Shown: positions 20,301 to 28,525 of the stretch, one piece after another
Layout of the letters: each line of letters starts with the position of its first letter
Numbering within the stretch: the first letter of the stretch is position 1
Position numbers and translations under genes: made by a program
The notes under the pieces: model-generated
Told to the model about the DNA's origin: nothing
The model's database searches: none
The model's input: the letters and a program-made list of their open reading frames with translations, nothing else
IMG/VR virus record: IMGVR_UViG_3300045988_119023
Location: 32,471-96,470 of that record
Source: a virus
Strand: one strand, 5' to 3'
DNA: 64,000 nt

Positions 20301-21027
20301 TTTATGGTTGCTTAGAAGGGCTGCCGGCATAACCTCTATCCCGGAAGGAGAAGAGGTTTATGTAGAGGGGGATGAAGTTAATAGCATTATGACCGATATG
20401 GAATCAAGGTACGGGATAGACACCATCAACCACTCGCATACGACTAAGGCTATAAGGGATCTTAACGGCGTATCAGGTTATAAAGTAGAATACGGCTTAA
20501 CCTTTTTAACATACGATCCTTTTATTAGGATATCCAATCCAAGGAAAGAATCTAAGACTGCAAAAAACGAACCTCGTATATCCGAAGAGCCGCTTACTCA
20601 CATATCAAGGGTAACAACCCCTTATTTCCTGTACGGCGGTGATGAAGCATATACATCTGTTCCGGCTAAGGTAGAACCTATACCAGAGAAGATAATGGGT
20701 CGTAATGGCATTAAATTTGGTATGAGCGTAGTCGAGCTGACCAAATTAGGGTACAAAAAAGCTGGTGGAAACTGGATATACAAATTCTACATGAACTCAG
20801 GTGTTTATGATTTGTATAATATCAGTACCGGCGAAGCGTTTAGAGCAAAACCGGATCTTGGAGTTAAGATAAGTTCCAGCGCATTCATCCGTTCTTTATC
20901 TCAATCTGGTAGAAAAATACAAAATATGATGAGTAACATGAGCCAGGAAGAGATAGATAGAAATAAGAATCTTGTAGAAGGTTCTGATAATTCAGATTCG
21001 ATAAATGAGTTAAATAAGGAGTGTTGA
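14386..21027 (+). CDS. Giant virion protein (2213 aa), function unknown. Has a Gly-rich hydrophobic segment and Pro/Ala-rich linkers.
   Basis: 6.6-kb ORF whose start overlaps the upstream stop by 8 nt. Contains GGLGVGSLGNIGAKLGGRIGAKLAARQAANRG and PAPPAQPAPAAQAAQ. Confidence 0.5.
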   Translation: MADNNIDRYNPAAKTTYEDVARQRKLAEEENYTPATLPETTTPLVPNYMPGEGVYAQPKFPDYASRIAAAEYEEPYIAKEISNSYSEALARNSYRGATPAPPPLNPYGPKVSIRESHQMGNDGVWRTKYPNYIPGINNEDYYARRQSGWSKFWNGVGKFALKSALYGAQGVVSLPDKLINMASEGSYKAALNTNMDKFVGDLDQQIDMLLPHYYKKEVEDYNFGQKLFNDTGNFLWNDVLGNGMSFTVGAMISAYMTGGLGVGSLGNIGAKLGGRIGAKLAARQAANRGIGSLKSVFNDYVRKGVATGRNVGEAAKTMTLLATSAGFESSVEANSFMKQSESDFKDYYRKIYGRDPNAEEMAVFRNSNADVGSAIFAANMGIVGLSNWLLFGKYIGLGGKAIPGLEKKLNKHLFGLGTEVAKPGEMAIKITNPNIGQKIAGNVFNIMKRPVSEGLWEEGSQGAVQNTAEEYVKSRYDNVAMNGAVDVLDAISEGFKKQYTSKEGWTEIGIGAIIGSLFGMREGFFGVKEYSNSQILLERQVNEYNKASSNLNTAALNTLKKSMSLGPQVRSDAQSMTGKELDDAMFEKMSIDNQMGTLEDSAENFRQMVDMMPISEIAEANGMSLEEAKKYKDSIIDNYNNRLSDFRSAQSFAEDLIGDDSKIEFRKYVARNAFLGLQSESRMKDIASVIETLSGQPRVADALSTFSRLSDRARERAMAIRGIRSRIEELESEIEDLATRPRNVEGKDPQAESIQRKTKELESLRTNYNNSLYELSTLIGKEFSIEELVSKTESVLSSPLSPISSQDVIEAYDTLVAFDDYFNVKSRQEKKFTAKDKAMRSLVNEYRRSLVDYRNMNNFLSKMLDKRFLAEENRGFSKALSSLWSTPYKGDDKVPDFAEPNKVGEYDTDEIVDQAVSEGKISEDEAWTIKAFMHALDKVREDRMKEAEDDIKESPLTESVSDEDYEAAMDNPIMVPAVRQSIIDKLYTGNADLLTAREKDVYDKYKQDFDDYVSSLGDSPVNLIKSLSERADRLTSPRSVYEENKTVIDMAKSNLEPDQRQELDDAISSYVDIMNRRDKGEKVDEDKLADSVFTIEDLGQVGNITDLLPYIEQNRIIDKGRISESTLSNFGEDDTNIDSLVNELDESDNTPGANIDSAQNPETLMVRRISNDGNERYEIAGLRADKFISSIKSLVPIQISSETNANGTKRYSLNIGGETATIIELPYHARWSIDKESARVLNRYTDVSIQDVGNSYSLVYKRLDSDELVPYRTGVGFGENEVDKIDQEALSSLKKGDKVNLEIDVNDTYNQSLFAEYNDAVQSGDKKRIESAENKLVSNMVIKVMSGNRFVSVVKADTGGIDGISKIRRTAFNKWKKDAGRSATIGVGTHVVAQTLPGRPVFNMKVNGQGYGQVENLPITEKGAEKVSDVGYVLNGKVVLKNGSKYTGFPFAYSILNDKGNNYKNVRVPVVVIKGKNGLNYLFPVSLRSVESEEGQKWMSFIDMLLESGDSELLQIGQDDIQDLNAYLTKLGLDPASYQVSYLNPISGLRKAREAIEKLSMVPDVVKWVEDGSRSVKDIVTSEVESGIDFEGEMFVAPKIRIQFGKSSSRPKSLIEDELPFSDEGKTVTSKEDVDIYEEEMPEEDPVRGTRPAPPAQPAPAAQAAQSLSGKKRTSRKNFSLMLNEIESHIEKEGLPPYANIFDFIARKIVGGDLRFLRERGNPKSLKEEMGLEPKGTVGDKISTPSKKGGKTLEEYVSWLRSQTDQVVADYVGPRSDEQIISELKNFLKYINFVPSKALNYSLRVNGMDTLKEYGTKEEVEKMESDINSLVSEVLPTVDNQTVEDVSTAIESNNLPAIWEPMESLDMTNEEKIEFLNNVADFLSGIPEYDAVVESIESESDNILNDGKEGSAEGGAVRTEEDGDKKGDGESKGQSRTNVEVKGNVELPGSKEGRVDNYKKNGDKFSDIAEVTLWLLRRAAGITSIPEGEEVYVEGDEVNSIMTDMESRYGIDTINHSHTTKAIRDLNGVSGYKVEYGLTFLTYDPFIRISNPRKESKTAKNEPRISEEPLTHISRVTTPYFLYGGDEAYTSVPAKVEPIPEKIMGRNGIKFGMSVVELTKLGYKKAGGNWIYKFYMNSGVYDLYNISTGEAFRAKPDLGVKISSSAFIRSLSQSGRKIQNMMSNMSQEEIDRNKNLVEGSDNSDSINELNKEC

Positions 21028-21560
21028 GTATGAGAAGGAGATTTTTTAATGCTGCGGATAATTTTGTGGGAGGATGTTATAATAAGTTATCTAATGAAGA
21101 TATAAAAAGGCTTGGAGGAAAAAGACCTTATGTATGTCAGTTTAATAAAATTCATATACATATAGGGCCTGTATTAAAAGATTATGATTCCGAAGAAAGT
21201 TATATAATGTTTAATAGTGATTGGAATCATGGTGGTTATGAATCTATGGTTTATCATCATAGCAATAATGGCATTTTTATATTAGGTGAAAACAAAATTG
21301 GTAATATAGAAGATCATATACAGGATCTAACATATTGGTACGAATATGATCCAAACATTAATGAAAATTATTGTTATTGTTATTATGAAGCTGATAACAG
21401 CGGAAATGCTATTAAGTTGAGCCGTGAGTTTGGTGATGTTTGCACTGTTTTTAATATTCCCAGTTTGAAAGTTACTACTCTTCGTGATGGCGGTTTGAGT
21501 TTCCCAGAGATTTATATAGAAGGAGTTTGGGATTCGTCATTGTATAAGTCGGTTTTATAA
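21021..21560 (+). CDS. Hypothetical protein. The likely true start is the ATG at 21027.
   Basis: ORF overlapping the stop of the 2213-aa gene. Confidence 0.45.
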   Translation: MLSMRRRFFNAADNFVGGCYNKLSNEDIKRLGGKRPYVCQFNKIHIHIGPVLKDYDSEESYIMFNSDWNHGGYESMVYHHSNNGIFILGENKIGNIEDHIQDLTYWYEYDPNINENYCYCYYEADNSGNAIKLSREFGDVCTVFNIPSLKVTTLRDGGLSFPEIYIEGVWDSSLYKSVL

Positions 21561-21586
21561 TTAACTTTGCAAAAAAGTTAATTATT

Positions 21587-23845
21587 ATGGGTGTCAAATG
21601 TCAGATAGAAAAAAAGGAAAATGAAATAAAACGGGTTAAGGCTCCTAACGGGGAGTCTTCCGTTCTTTACGAAAGTGCTTTAAAGGTATTAGGAAACAGT
21701 GAGCGGGCTCTTCAGGTATGGGCTAAGGCTTACACTCCTGGTTTTTTGTCGTATTACGGTCATTGGAATAACCCGGCTCCAGGGGAGATGTTTAATACCG
21801 ATTCCAATGGTGAACCTCTTTTAGAAGACGTGCTGTCGTATATGAAGCGTCAAACTTATTTTGCCGATCCTTTAACGGCTCAGGACATTAAGGATGTAAG
21901 GGATTTCCTTTTGTCTACTCATTATTTTTTCAATGCGTCTTCATTGTCTAATGCTATCCTCTTCGATTTTTATGTAGATGGCAGTTTGATACTGAATGAG
22001 CAGAAATTAAGGAGATCCGGTTTGTATGATGAAACAGAGATAAGTCGTATCTTATCCGATCCTTCTGTTTTAAATGAGGTTTCGACTTCCATGAGAAAGT
22101 TAATAGATTGTTCTATTAACGAACATGATAGGGAAAAGGATAATTATTTTATGTCTGTTGACTATCAGTATGGTCCTATTGTTTACAAGGAGGGAGTGTT
22201 TAACCAATTTGGTAAAAAAGTGCCATATAATCCTTCTGAGCTTTATTATGCTATGCGTAAAACAGTAGCCGGCATAAAAAACTTTTCTGAATTTTCATCT
22301 GCTTTTGAATCGTTGAGAAACTCATATCCTGAACTGGTTGAGAAATTCGTTTCTGATAAAGAATTTGCCGAATCTATGTTTGATGAGTTTTCATCTACGA
22401 ATAAGATTCCGGTAATAAACATAGAAGGGGATGATATGGTAGAAGGCAAGAGAAGATCTTTGTCTAAGCTACAAGATCTTTCTTATTACAATTCCGGCAA
22501 AATAGAGTTCCTAAGAGCTCGTATATCAGCTTATTTACATAGGGTTAATGCCGACACCGAATCCGATTTAAGAAGCATGATATGGGATATAGAAGAGGCT
22601 TGTACGTGGTTTGGCATAGATATAATAGGGACATCGGAAACTTATGATGGCACAGAAGAATCTTTGAATAAGATAGATAATTTGATGCTGGATCTTGATA
22701 TTTATGTGGCCAGGCACAATGATGTAAATTATGCTCCTACGCTGGCATCTTCTATAGACGATGTTCTTGGTGATAGCACAGATTATTATTTTGGATTATT
22801 ACCGGAGTATATGGATAATTTGAATATCGTTTATTCTGAATCCGATATAGACCCAGTAGAGGCATTTGAGAAACATTCATTGCTTAAGGTAGGAGATAAT
22901 CTATATCAAAGGATCAGCAAGGATGATCTTAACGAGATGTATCAAATATCAACAGTGTTAGCCAAGCACGACCTAACTTACTTTCATGCTAAAATATATC
23001 CTGAATCTTGTTTTAAGAACGGCGTTTTGGATAAAGAGAAAGTACGGAACGTAGATGATAATACGCTCATGGATTCCATTAAAAAATACGTCAGATCGTT
23101 CATGGATTCTCAAAACACAGAGGACATGGTAATGACCAGGATGGCGTTTGGGCACCCGGCGGTACTTGACATTTCTTACGCGGATATGGATCGGGAGTAT
23201 AGTCGATACATGAACAAAAAACAAGATAGCGAAAACCCATTATCCTTATCCGATTTATACCAATCTTACCTTGACAACAAACTCCATAAAACAAAATTAT
23301 ATGATAATGCCTATAAGTATCTTGACTTCAAACCTGGTCCATCTTTGGGTCTTATTTCTGATGATCCTGATATTTTGAAATCAATAGAATTATCTTTATC
23401 TGGAAAAGACAGGTTGATGTTGTTTGATTATAGCATGACCAGCACCGATCCTTCTTTATCAAAATTGTTTTATTTGGATAGGTATGACCCTTCGTATGCC
23501 GATAATGATTTTGAACATTATTTTTACACCAGGCACCCGTATCTGTTAAAAGAAAAATCGGGTCCTAATATCGTAGAGCAAGATGGTGTTATAACAGCCG
23601 AAGGTATTTATGATAATTTTATAAGAGTAGGTAATAAGATATGGTCTAAAGTAAGCGAAAGTAGTTCCGGCTCTATCTACCAAAATCTGACAGGAACCGA
23701 ATCGGAGGTGAAATACGATTCTACTCAGAAGGTTAAGACGGTAGAAACCGATTACGCTCCATACCAAAACAGATCTGGCCTGACGCAAGATATGATCGTA
23801 AGCAAGTCTGAATTGGATGATCTTAATAAATTGGAATGCAGGTAA
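21587..23845 (+). CDS. Hypothetical protein (752 aa), possibly a distal tail or fiber component.
   Basis: Long ORF in the structural block, followed by a terminator. Confidence 0.45.
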   Translation: MGVKCQIEKKENEIKRVKAPNGESSVLYESALKVLGNSERALQVWAKAYTPGFLSYYGHWNNPAPGEMFNTDSNGEPLLEDVLSYMKRQTYFADPLTAQDIKDVRDFLLSTHYFFNASSLSNAILFDFYVDGSLILNEQKLRRSGLYDETEISRILSDPSVLNEVSTSMRKLIDCSINEHDREKDNYFMSVDYQYGPIVYKEGVFNQFGKKVPYNPSELYYAMRKTVAGIKNFSEFSSAFESLRNSYPELVEKFVSDKEFAESMFDEFSSTNKIPVINIEGDDMVEGKRRSLSKLQDLSYYNSGKIEFLRARISAYLHRVNADTESDLRSMIWDIEEACTWFGIDIIGTSETYDGTEESLNKIDNLMLDLDIYVARHNDVNYAPTLASSIDDVLGDSTDYYFGLLPEYMDNLNIVYSESDIDPVEAFEKHSLLKVGDNLYQRISKDDLNEMYQISTVLAKHDLTYFHAKIYPESCFKNGVLDKEKVRNVDDNTLMDSIKKYVRSFMDSQNTEDMVMTRMAFGHPAVLDISYADMDREYSRYMNKKQDSENPLSLSDLYQSYLDNKLHKTKLYDNAYKYLDFKPGPSLGLISDDPDILKSIELSLSGKDRLMLFDYSMTSTDPSLSKLFYLDRYDPSYADNDFEHYFYTRHPYLLKEKSGPNIVEQDGVITAEGIYDNFIRVGNKIWSKVSESSSGSIYQNLTGTESEVKYDSTQKVKTVETDYAPYQNRSGLTQDMIVSKSELDDLNKLECR

Positions 23846-23893
23846 TTTTTGTGTACATATATATAGTTTTTTCATAGTTATAATTTGGGAAGT

Positions 23894-23918
23894 GAGGCTT
23901 GTGAAAGTCTCATTTTTC
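23894..23918 (+). terminator. Terminator candidate.
   Basis: GAGGCTT gtga AAGTCTC stem with one mismatch, followed by ATTTTTCTC. Confidence 0.4.
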
Positions 23919-24069
23919 TCATATATGTACGTATATCAATAACATACAAGAAAAGTTAGATTTTCATTGTTTATGAATTATTTTTATTAAGTTTGCAATA
24001 TTAGTTTCAGGAAGGGATTATGGAAATAAGGAAAAAGTAAGAACCGAACGTAACTAATAACAGTAGGAA

Positions 24070-24267
24070 ATGAGAATCAGTACCATCAAACGTAACAACA
24101 GCATTCATCTTATGTATAAAAACATTATGAATGATTTAGGTCAATTAAGAACTGTAGTTTCAAAATCCTATATTTATAATCTGATACAAAATCAAACCGG
24201 ATTAAGTATCAGAACTATATCCCATGTCTTGAATCACACAAAAGAACAGGATACAGATTCTTTGTGA
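24070..24267 (+). CDS. Small helix-turn-helix protein (65 aa), candidate transcriptional regulator.
   Basis: TGLSIRTISHVLN resembles LacI/GntR-type HTH recognition helices (GVSxATVSRVLN). Confidence 0.4.
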   Translation: MRISTIKRNNSIHLMYKNIMNDLGQLRTVVSKSYIYNLIQNQTGLSIRTISHVLNHTKEQDTDSL

Positions 24268-24554
24268 AAAGCATACATTTTCATACATTTGTGTGTTCTT
24301 TAGTTTTTAGATTTAAGTTTTTCATGGTATTAGTTTAGATTAGTGTAGATCAGGGTTCGCAGTGATGCGGGCCCTGGTTTGATTTAAAAAGTATTAAAAT
24401 ATTTGCTATTTAAAATCCTGTTCCTATCTTTGCTCCAGAAACAATGAACAACGAGATCCCACCTCTGGTTGTTTGATGTTGAAAGATATTTTTGGCTCAT
24501 TAGGGTTTGTCATAGTGGGATCTGACATTCTCTTTTGGGCCTATTTTTTTTATT

Positions 24555-25448
24555 ATGTGTAATAGTATTATTTTAAAATTAGAAGATATATCTTCTATCA
24601 AGAGGTATTTTGAGTTTATCTTGTCTCAAACAGAAAAAGGCGAAAAGTTTCCCATTAAACTTGATGATGTTTTCGCTCTTGTGTATAGTAGAAAGGATAA
24701 GGCTGTTAGAGCACTTATAGATAGCGATCAATTCATGCAAGATATTGATTATAAGGTTTTCCCCCTAAATGGGGAAAACTCAAATGGTGGTAGACCCTCT
24801 ATGGTCTACATGTTGTCTGTATCATGCTTAGAATATTTTATAGCCAGAAAAGTTAGATCAGTTTTTGAGGTTTATAGAAGTGTATTTCATGGATGTGTTT
24901 ATAATGAAAAAAGAAAATTAATACCTGATTTCTCCAATCCGGCAGAGGCAGCAAGAGCATGGGCCGATCAGTATGAAGCTGCTCAGAGAGCTATAGCTGA
25001 AAAATCTCAGGCAGAGGCAGAGAAGCAACAAGCCTTGAAAACAATAGAAGAGCATAAGCCCGATGTAGAATTTGCCGAGTCTTTTAGGAAAGTAGACCAT
25101 AACAATATGTGGCTAATTCGTGATATTGCAAAGAAGTTAGAGCAAAATGGTGTTATTATTGCTGAAAAGAATCTTCGCTCATTCCTTGAAGAGGCTAAAT
25201 TCATGTTTAGGAACGGTCTTGGCAAATGGGAGCTATATAGCAATGTTGTAGCTAAAGGGTATGGAGTGTATAGGTCTTATTTCATAGATAAGTATTCTGG
25301 TGATAGAATCAATCAACAAACCATATACATGACAGGCTCAGGATACGAAGTGACCTTAAATGGTATAAAAGGAAAACTCAAAAAATGTGTTTCTAAAATA
25401 TGGCAAGTTTGCTTAAGTTTATTTACAGGTAGTGTTTTAAAAGAATAA
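24555..25448 (+). CDS. Phage antirepressor-like protein with an ORF6N/Bro-N-like N-terminal domain and a KilAC C-terminal domain.
   Basis: N-terminal FMQDIDYKVFPLNGENSNGGRPSMVYMLS is an ORF6N-like signature. C-terminal GKWELYSNVVAKGYGVYRSYFIDKYSGDRINQQTIYMTGSGYEVTLNGIKG is KilAC-like. Confidence 0.6.
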   Translation: MCNSIILKLEDISSIKRYFEFILSQTEKGEKFPIKLDDVFALVYSRKDKAVRALIDSDQFMQDIDYKVFPLNGENSNGGRPSMVYMLSVSCLEYFIARKVRSVFEVYRSVFHGCVYNEKRKLIPDFSNPAEAARAWADQYEAAQRAIAEKSQAEAEKQQALKTIEEHKPDVEFAESFRKVDHNNMWLIRDIAKKLEQNGVIIAEKNLRSFLEEAKFMFRNGLGKWELYSNVVAKGYGVYRSYFIDKYSGDRINQQTIYMTGSGYEVTLNGIKGKLKKCVSKIWQVCLSLFTGSVLKE

Positions 25449-25468
25449 AAAAAACACTACCTTTTTTT
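25428..25468 (+). terminator. Rho-independent terminator.
   Basis: 11-bp perfect stem GGTAGTGTTTT/AAAACACTACC spanning the stop codon, followed by TTTTTTT. Confidence 0.6.
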
Positions 25469-25594
25469 GTTTCTGTCTTTTCTGAAAATACTTCTCTTCT
25501 ATAGGAAATAAACACACCCATATTCCACCCTGCAATCATGATCTTTGTTACGTGCTTCATGCACGTATGTTTAACAATTAAATACTATAAAATT

Positions 25595-26602
25595 ATGGGT
25601 GGTGATAAAATCGTCCTTTTAGATGGAGCCGGGGCTAACGGTGGTGGTGCAGCCACTAACGGTCTTCTTTCAATGATTCCCGGCATGTTTGCTAATTTGA
25701 TAGGTGGTAATAAAATGGATCCGAATCTGGTGGCGGCTTTGATGAACGGTCGTAACAACCAGGACGGTTTCGGTGGGGCTAACGGTTGGTGGCTCTGGAT
25801 AATTGTTTTGTTCTGGCTGTGGGGTGGACGCGGCTTCGGTAACGGTTTTGGAAATGGTGGTGATTGTTGCGCCAATGGTTTGCCGGCTCAGTTGAATAAC
25901 GATTATGGTCGTGAGCTTCTGATGCAGGCAATTCAAGGTAATCGCAGTGCCATAGATCAGATCGCTTCTGCTTTGAACTGTTCTACTACTCAACTTCAGA
26001 ACGCTATCTGCAACGTACAGGGTGCTATTGATAAAGTAGCTGGTCAGGTAGGTATGACTTCTCAGGCTGTTATCAACGCAGTTCAACAACAAGGTTGTGA
26101 AATCGGAAATCAAATCAGCTCTTGCTGCTGCAATCTGAGTTCGTTGATCAATCAAAGCACTTGCCAGACTCAGGGAATGATTACTCAGCAAGGTTTTGAT
26201 AACCAGCTTCGCACGTTGGAACAAACCAATATCTTGCAGAACGGTCTCAACCAAGGTCTGGCTAACAATCGTGAGCAAGCTACAAGCCAATTCAATATCT
26301 TGTCTGCGAAACTTGACGCTCAAACCGTTATGATCAACGACAAATTCTGTCAGTTGGAAATGAGGGAGATGCAGAACACTATTGCTCAACTTCGTGAAGA
26401 AAAAGCGGCTTTGACAGCTTCGGCATTATCTCAGCAACAGACCCAGAATATCGTTGGTCAATTACGTCCTTGTCCGGTTCCTGCTTATCCCTCTTGTTCT
26501 CCTTATCAGTCCTATACTTGGGGACAGGTATTCGGAGGAGGTTGCTGCAATAACGGATGTGGATGTAACAACGGATGTTGCAATAACAACGCTGCTGTCT
26601 GA
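25595..26602 (+). CDS. Cys/Gly/Asn-rich low-complexity protein with one hydrophobic segment and a central Q-rich coiled coil, function unknown.
   Basis: Start at MGGDKIV. Contains GWWLWIIVLFWLWGG (TM-like), GNGFGNGGDCC, and the C-terminal tail GGGCCNNGCGCNNGCCNNNAAV. Confidence 0.5.
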   Translation: MGGDKIVLLDGAGANGGGAATNGLLSMIPGMFANLIGGNKMDPNLVAALMNGRNNQDGFGGANGWWLWIIVLFWLWGGRGFGNGFGNGGDCCANGLPAQLNNDYGRELLMQAIQGNRSAIDQIASALNCSTTQLQNAICNVQGAIDKVAGQVGMTSQAVINAVQQQGCEIGNQISSCCCNLSSLINQSTCQTQGMITQQGFDNQLRTLEQTNILQNGLNQGLANNREQATSQFNILSAKLDAQTVMINDKFCQLEMREMQNTIAQLREEKAALTASALSQQQTQNIVGQLRPCPVPAYPSCSPYQSYTWGQVFGGGCCNNGCGCNNGCCNNNAAV

Positions 26603-26625
26603 TTTTATTAAGAGAGGAGGCTAAT

Positions 26626-27039
26626 ATGGCTTGTGTTTCTAAAATAGGATCGTTGTATGAGATGGTTACGAAGAATGTTATTGTCAGTACGACAAATACA
26701 ATCTTCGGTATTAACCCACGGGCTTGGATCGCCCTTCCGTGTGAGGGTCTTATCCTTCTTAAGATAAGGCAAGTAGTCCCCACAGCCGGAAGTGCTCTAC
26801 CGGTACAGATTGCGGTCCCGGCAAACAGCACAGTTTCAACAGTAGGAGCCGACACCTGTTGCCCGGTTACGGGAGTGAATGTCGTGAACCCTATTAACGT
26901 AGCTGTCACGGGTGATGCTATGGTAAATGGCACAGAACGCCTTCTGTACTTCAATAAAGTTCGTGGCGTGTTAAGATTAATGGATTGCTGTGTTCCAGTA
27001 GCGGCAGCCCAGGCGTCTGAAACTAAGGTAAGCAAATGA
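26626..27039 (+). CDS. Hypothetical protein (137 aa) containing Cys pairs.
   Basis: ORF with a good start immediately after the previous gene. Confidence 0.45.
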   Translation: MACVSKIGSLYEMVTKNVIVSTTNTIFGINPRAWIALPCEGLILLKIRQVVPTAGSALPVQIAVPANSTVSTVGADTCCPVTGVNVVNPINVAVTGDAMVNGTERLLYFNKVRGVLRLMDCCVPVAAAQASETKVSK

Positions 27040-27046
27040 TTTTTAG

Positions 27047-27089
27047 TAGGGTGATAAACCTGGTCATAGGGACTATCACCCTATTTTTC
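27047..27089 (+). terminator. Rho-independent terminator.
   Basis: 10-bp perfect stem TAGGGTGATA/TATCACCCTA followed by TTTTTCT. Confidence 0.6.
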
Positions 27090-27110
27090 TAACAGATAAA
27101 TATTTCGGTC

Positions 27111-27599
27111 ATGTTTTCAGATTTAAAGAAAGGGTTTCAGGTACATACCCTTGATACTAATACAGTACCTAAATACGAATTGGGAAGAGTGGTAGCCGTA
27201 TCGGAACCAAGATACCTTCCTCCGCAGCCTGGACAATACCAGACCATGCAGACGCGCGTGGTGGATCTTACAGTGGAGCTTACAGGAGAAACCAAGACCT
27301 ATACAGTTCCCGAATCCCAGAATGTGGCTAAAGCAATGGGAATAACATTGTCTACAAGCATAGATCCTATTATGAATGAATTGAATGCTATAAAAAACAC
27401 CAGTCAGGAAATAATAGATAGCGTAGATACTCATCGTGCAAAGATCGAAGCTTGTGAATCCATATTGGAAGAAGTTAACCCAGCATTTAAACAGACAAGA
27501 GAGCAAGATCGTAAAATAGCTGGTATAGAAAATAAGGTCAATGATCTTACTGATTCATTTGAAGATTTAAAGAAGTTGATTGTAGAACGTTTGAAATAA
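27111..27599 (+). CDS. Hypothetical coiled-coil protein (162 aa).
   Basis: ORF. The C-terminal half is predicted helical. Confidence 0.45.
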   Translation: MFSDLKKGFQVHTLDTNTVPKYELGRVVAVSEPRYLPPQPGQYQTMQTRVVDLTVELTGETKTYTVPESQNVAKAMGITLSTSIDPIMNELNAIKNTSQEIIDSVDTHRAKIEACESILEEVNPAFKQTREQDRKIAGIENKVNDLTDSFEDLKKLIVERLK

Positions 27600-27606
27600 G
27601 TATAAT

Positions 27607-27978
27607 ATGATAGTATATGATTTAAATTCAGGACAAAGAGAATATCCTGGATATGACGAGATAGAAGATAGACGAGGCAGAGGTCGTAGTCGTCGTTCTG
27701 ATGGGACGTACATGGGTTACGGACATGGATTCCTTCCTCCTTATGACCATTATGGTATGCATGAAAAAATGAAAGAGATGGAAGAACGTGAAAACGAGTT
27801 GGAAGAAAGAGAAAGAAGACTCGAAGAACGCGAACGCCGTCATGAAATGGAGGACCGGGAATACCGGAGGATGGGTTACGAATCTTACCCGACCGATTAT
27901 TATGGAGACGACAGATACTACGGTGATGGTCCCCAGATGCGTAGAGGTAGGGGAAGAGGTCGTGGTCGTTCTTATTGA
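27607..27978 (+). CDS. Arg/Gly/Tyr-rich disordered protein with RG repeats and an ERERR coiled segment.
   Basis: RRGRGRSRRSDG ... EERERRLEERERRHEMEDREYRR ... RRGRGRGRGRSY. Confidence 0.5.
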   Translation: MIVYDLNSGQREYPGYDEIEDRRGRGRSRRSDGTYMGYGHGFLPPYDHYGMHEKMKEMEERENELEERERRLEERERRHEMEDREYRRMGYESYPTDYYGDDRYYGDGPQMRRGRGRGRGRSY

Positions 27979-28071
27979 GGAGCAGACGCAGAGGATCCAG
28001 CTTATCAGAAATATGTAGACACTTACGGCTACCATTTTTCTAATGCTCTTGCTGATGAGGCGGTAAAGAAG

Positions 28072-28365
28072 ATGGTCAACGTCGATGGATCCAAGAGGAT
28101 CTGGAAGCAGCCGGAAATAAAAGATATTTTTGAAAAGTGCGGAGCGAAGAAGCCGGATAAAGCGACATGGGGCGATGTCCAATATGTCTTTGCAATGTAC
28201 TATTCGGATGGCTTCCCGAAGATCTTCAAATGTGAGAACGAGCTGGTGAAAGCTACGTTAATGTATTTGAATGATCCGGATGCCCCCGAAGGAGTAGCCT
28301 TTATAAGATGGCTTGCCGTGCAAGATTACCTCGGCGAAAAAATAAACTGGAAGGATCTGATCTGA
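28072..28365 (+). CDS. Hypothetical protein.
   Basis: ORF. The frame is open upstream to 27979 with no ATG, so the start is uncertain. Confidence 0.4.
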   Translation: MVNVDGSKRIWKQPEIKDIFEKCGAKKPDKATWGDVQYVFAMYYSDGFPKIFKCENELVKATLMYLNDPDAPEGVAFIRWLAVQDYLGEKINWKDLI

Positions 28366-28470
28366 GATCCAGGCCCAGGCCCTTCCGGTGGTGCGGGAGC
28401 CATAGTAAAAAATATGATTCCCGCATTCCCGTTTTTCCCGTTTGGAAAAAAGGAATAAAAAAAATGTTAT

Positions 28471-28512
28471 ACCGGTCGGCGGGCAATAGAATACCCGTGG
28501 CCGGTTTGTTTT
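28471..28512 (+). terminator. Terminator candidate.
   Basis: 12-bp GC-rich stem with one bulge, ACCGGTCGGCGGG/CCCGTGGCCGGT, followed by TTGTTTT. Confidence 0.4.
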
Positions 28513-28525
28513 ACATAACTTTTTT

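Noticed and set aside
24340-24380. tRNA-like GGTTCG segment (CAGGGTTCGCAGTGATGCGGGCCCTG).
   Set aside because: The loop is far too long for a T-arm. No acceptor or anticodon arms or CCA-adjacent end could be built. Treated as an imperfect hairpin only.
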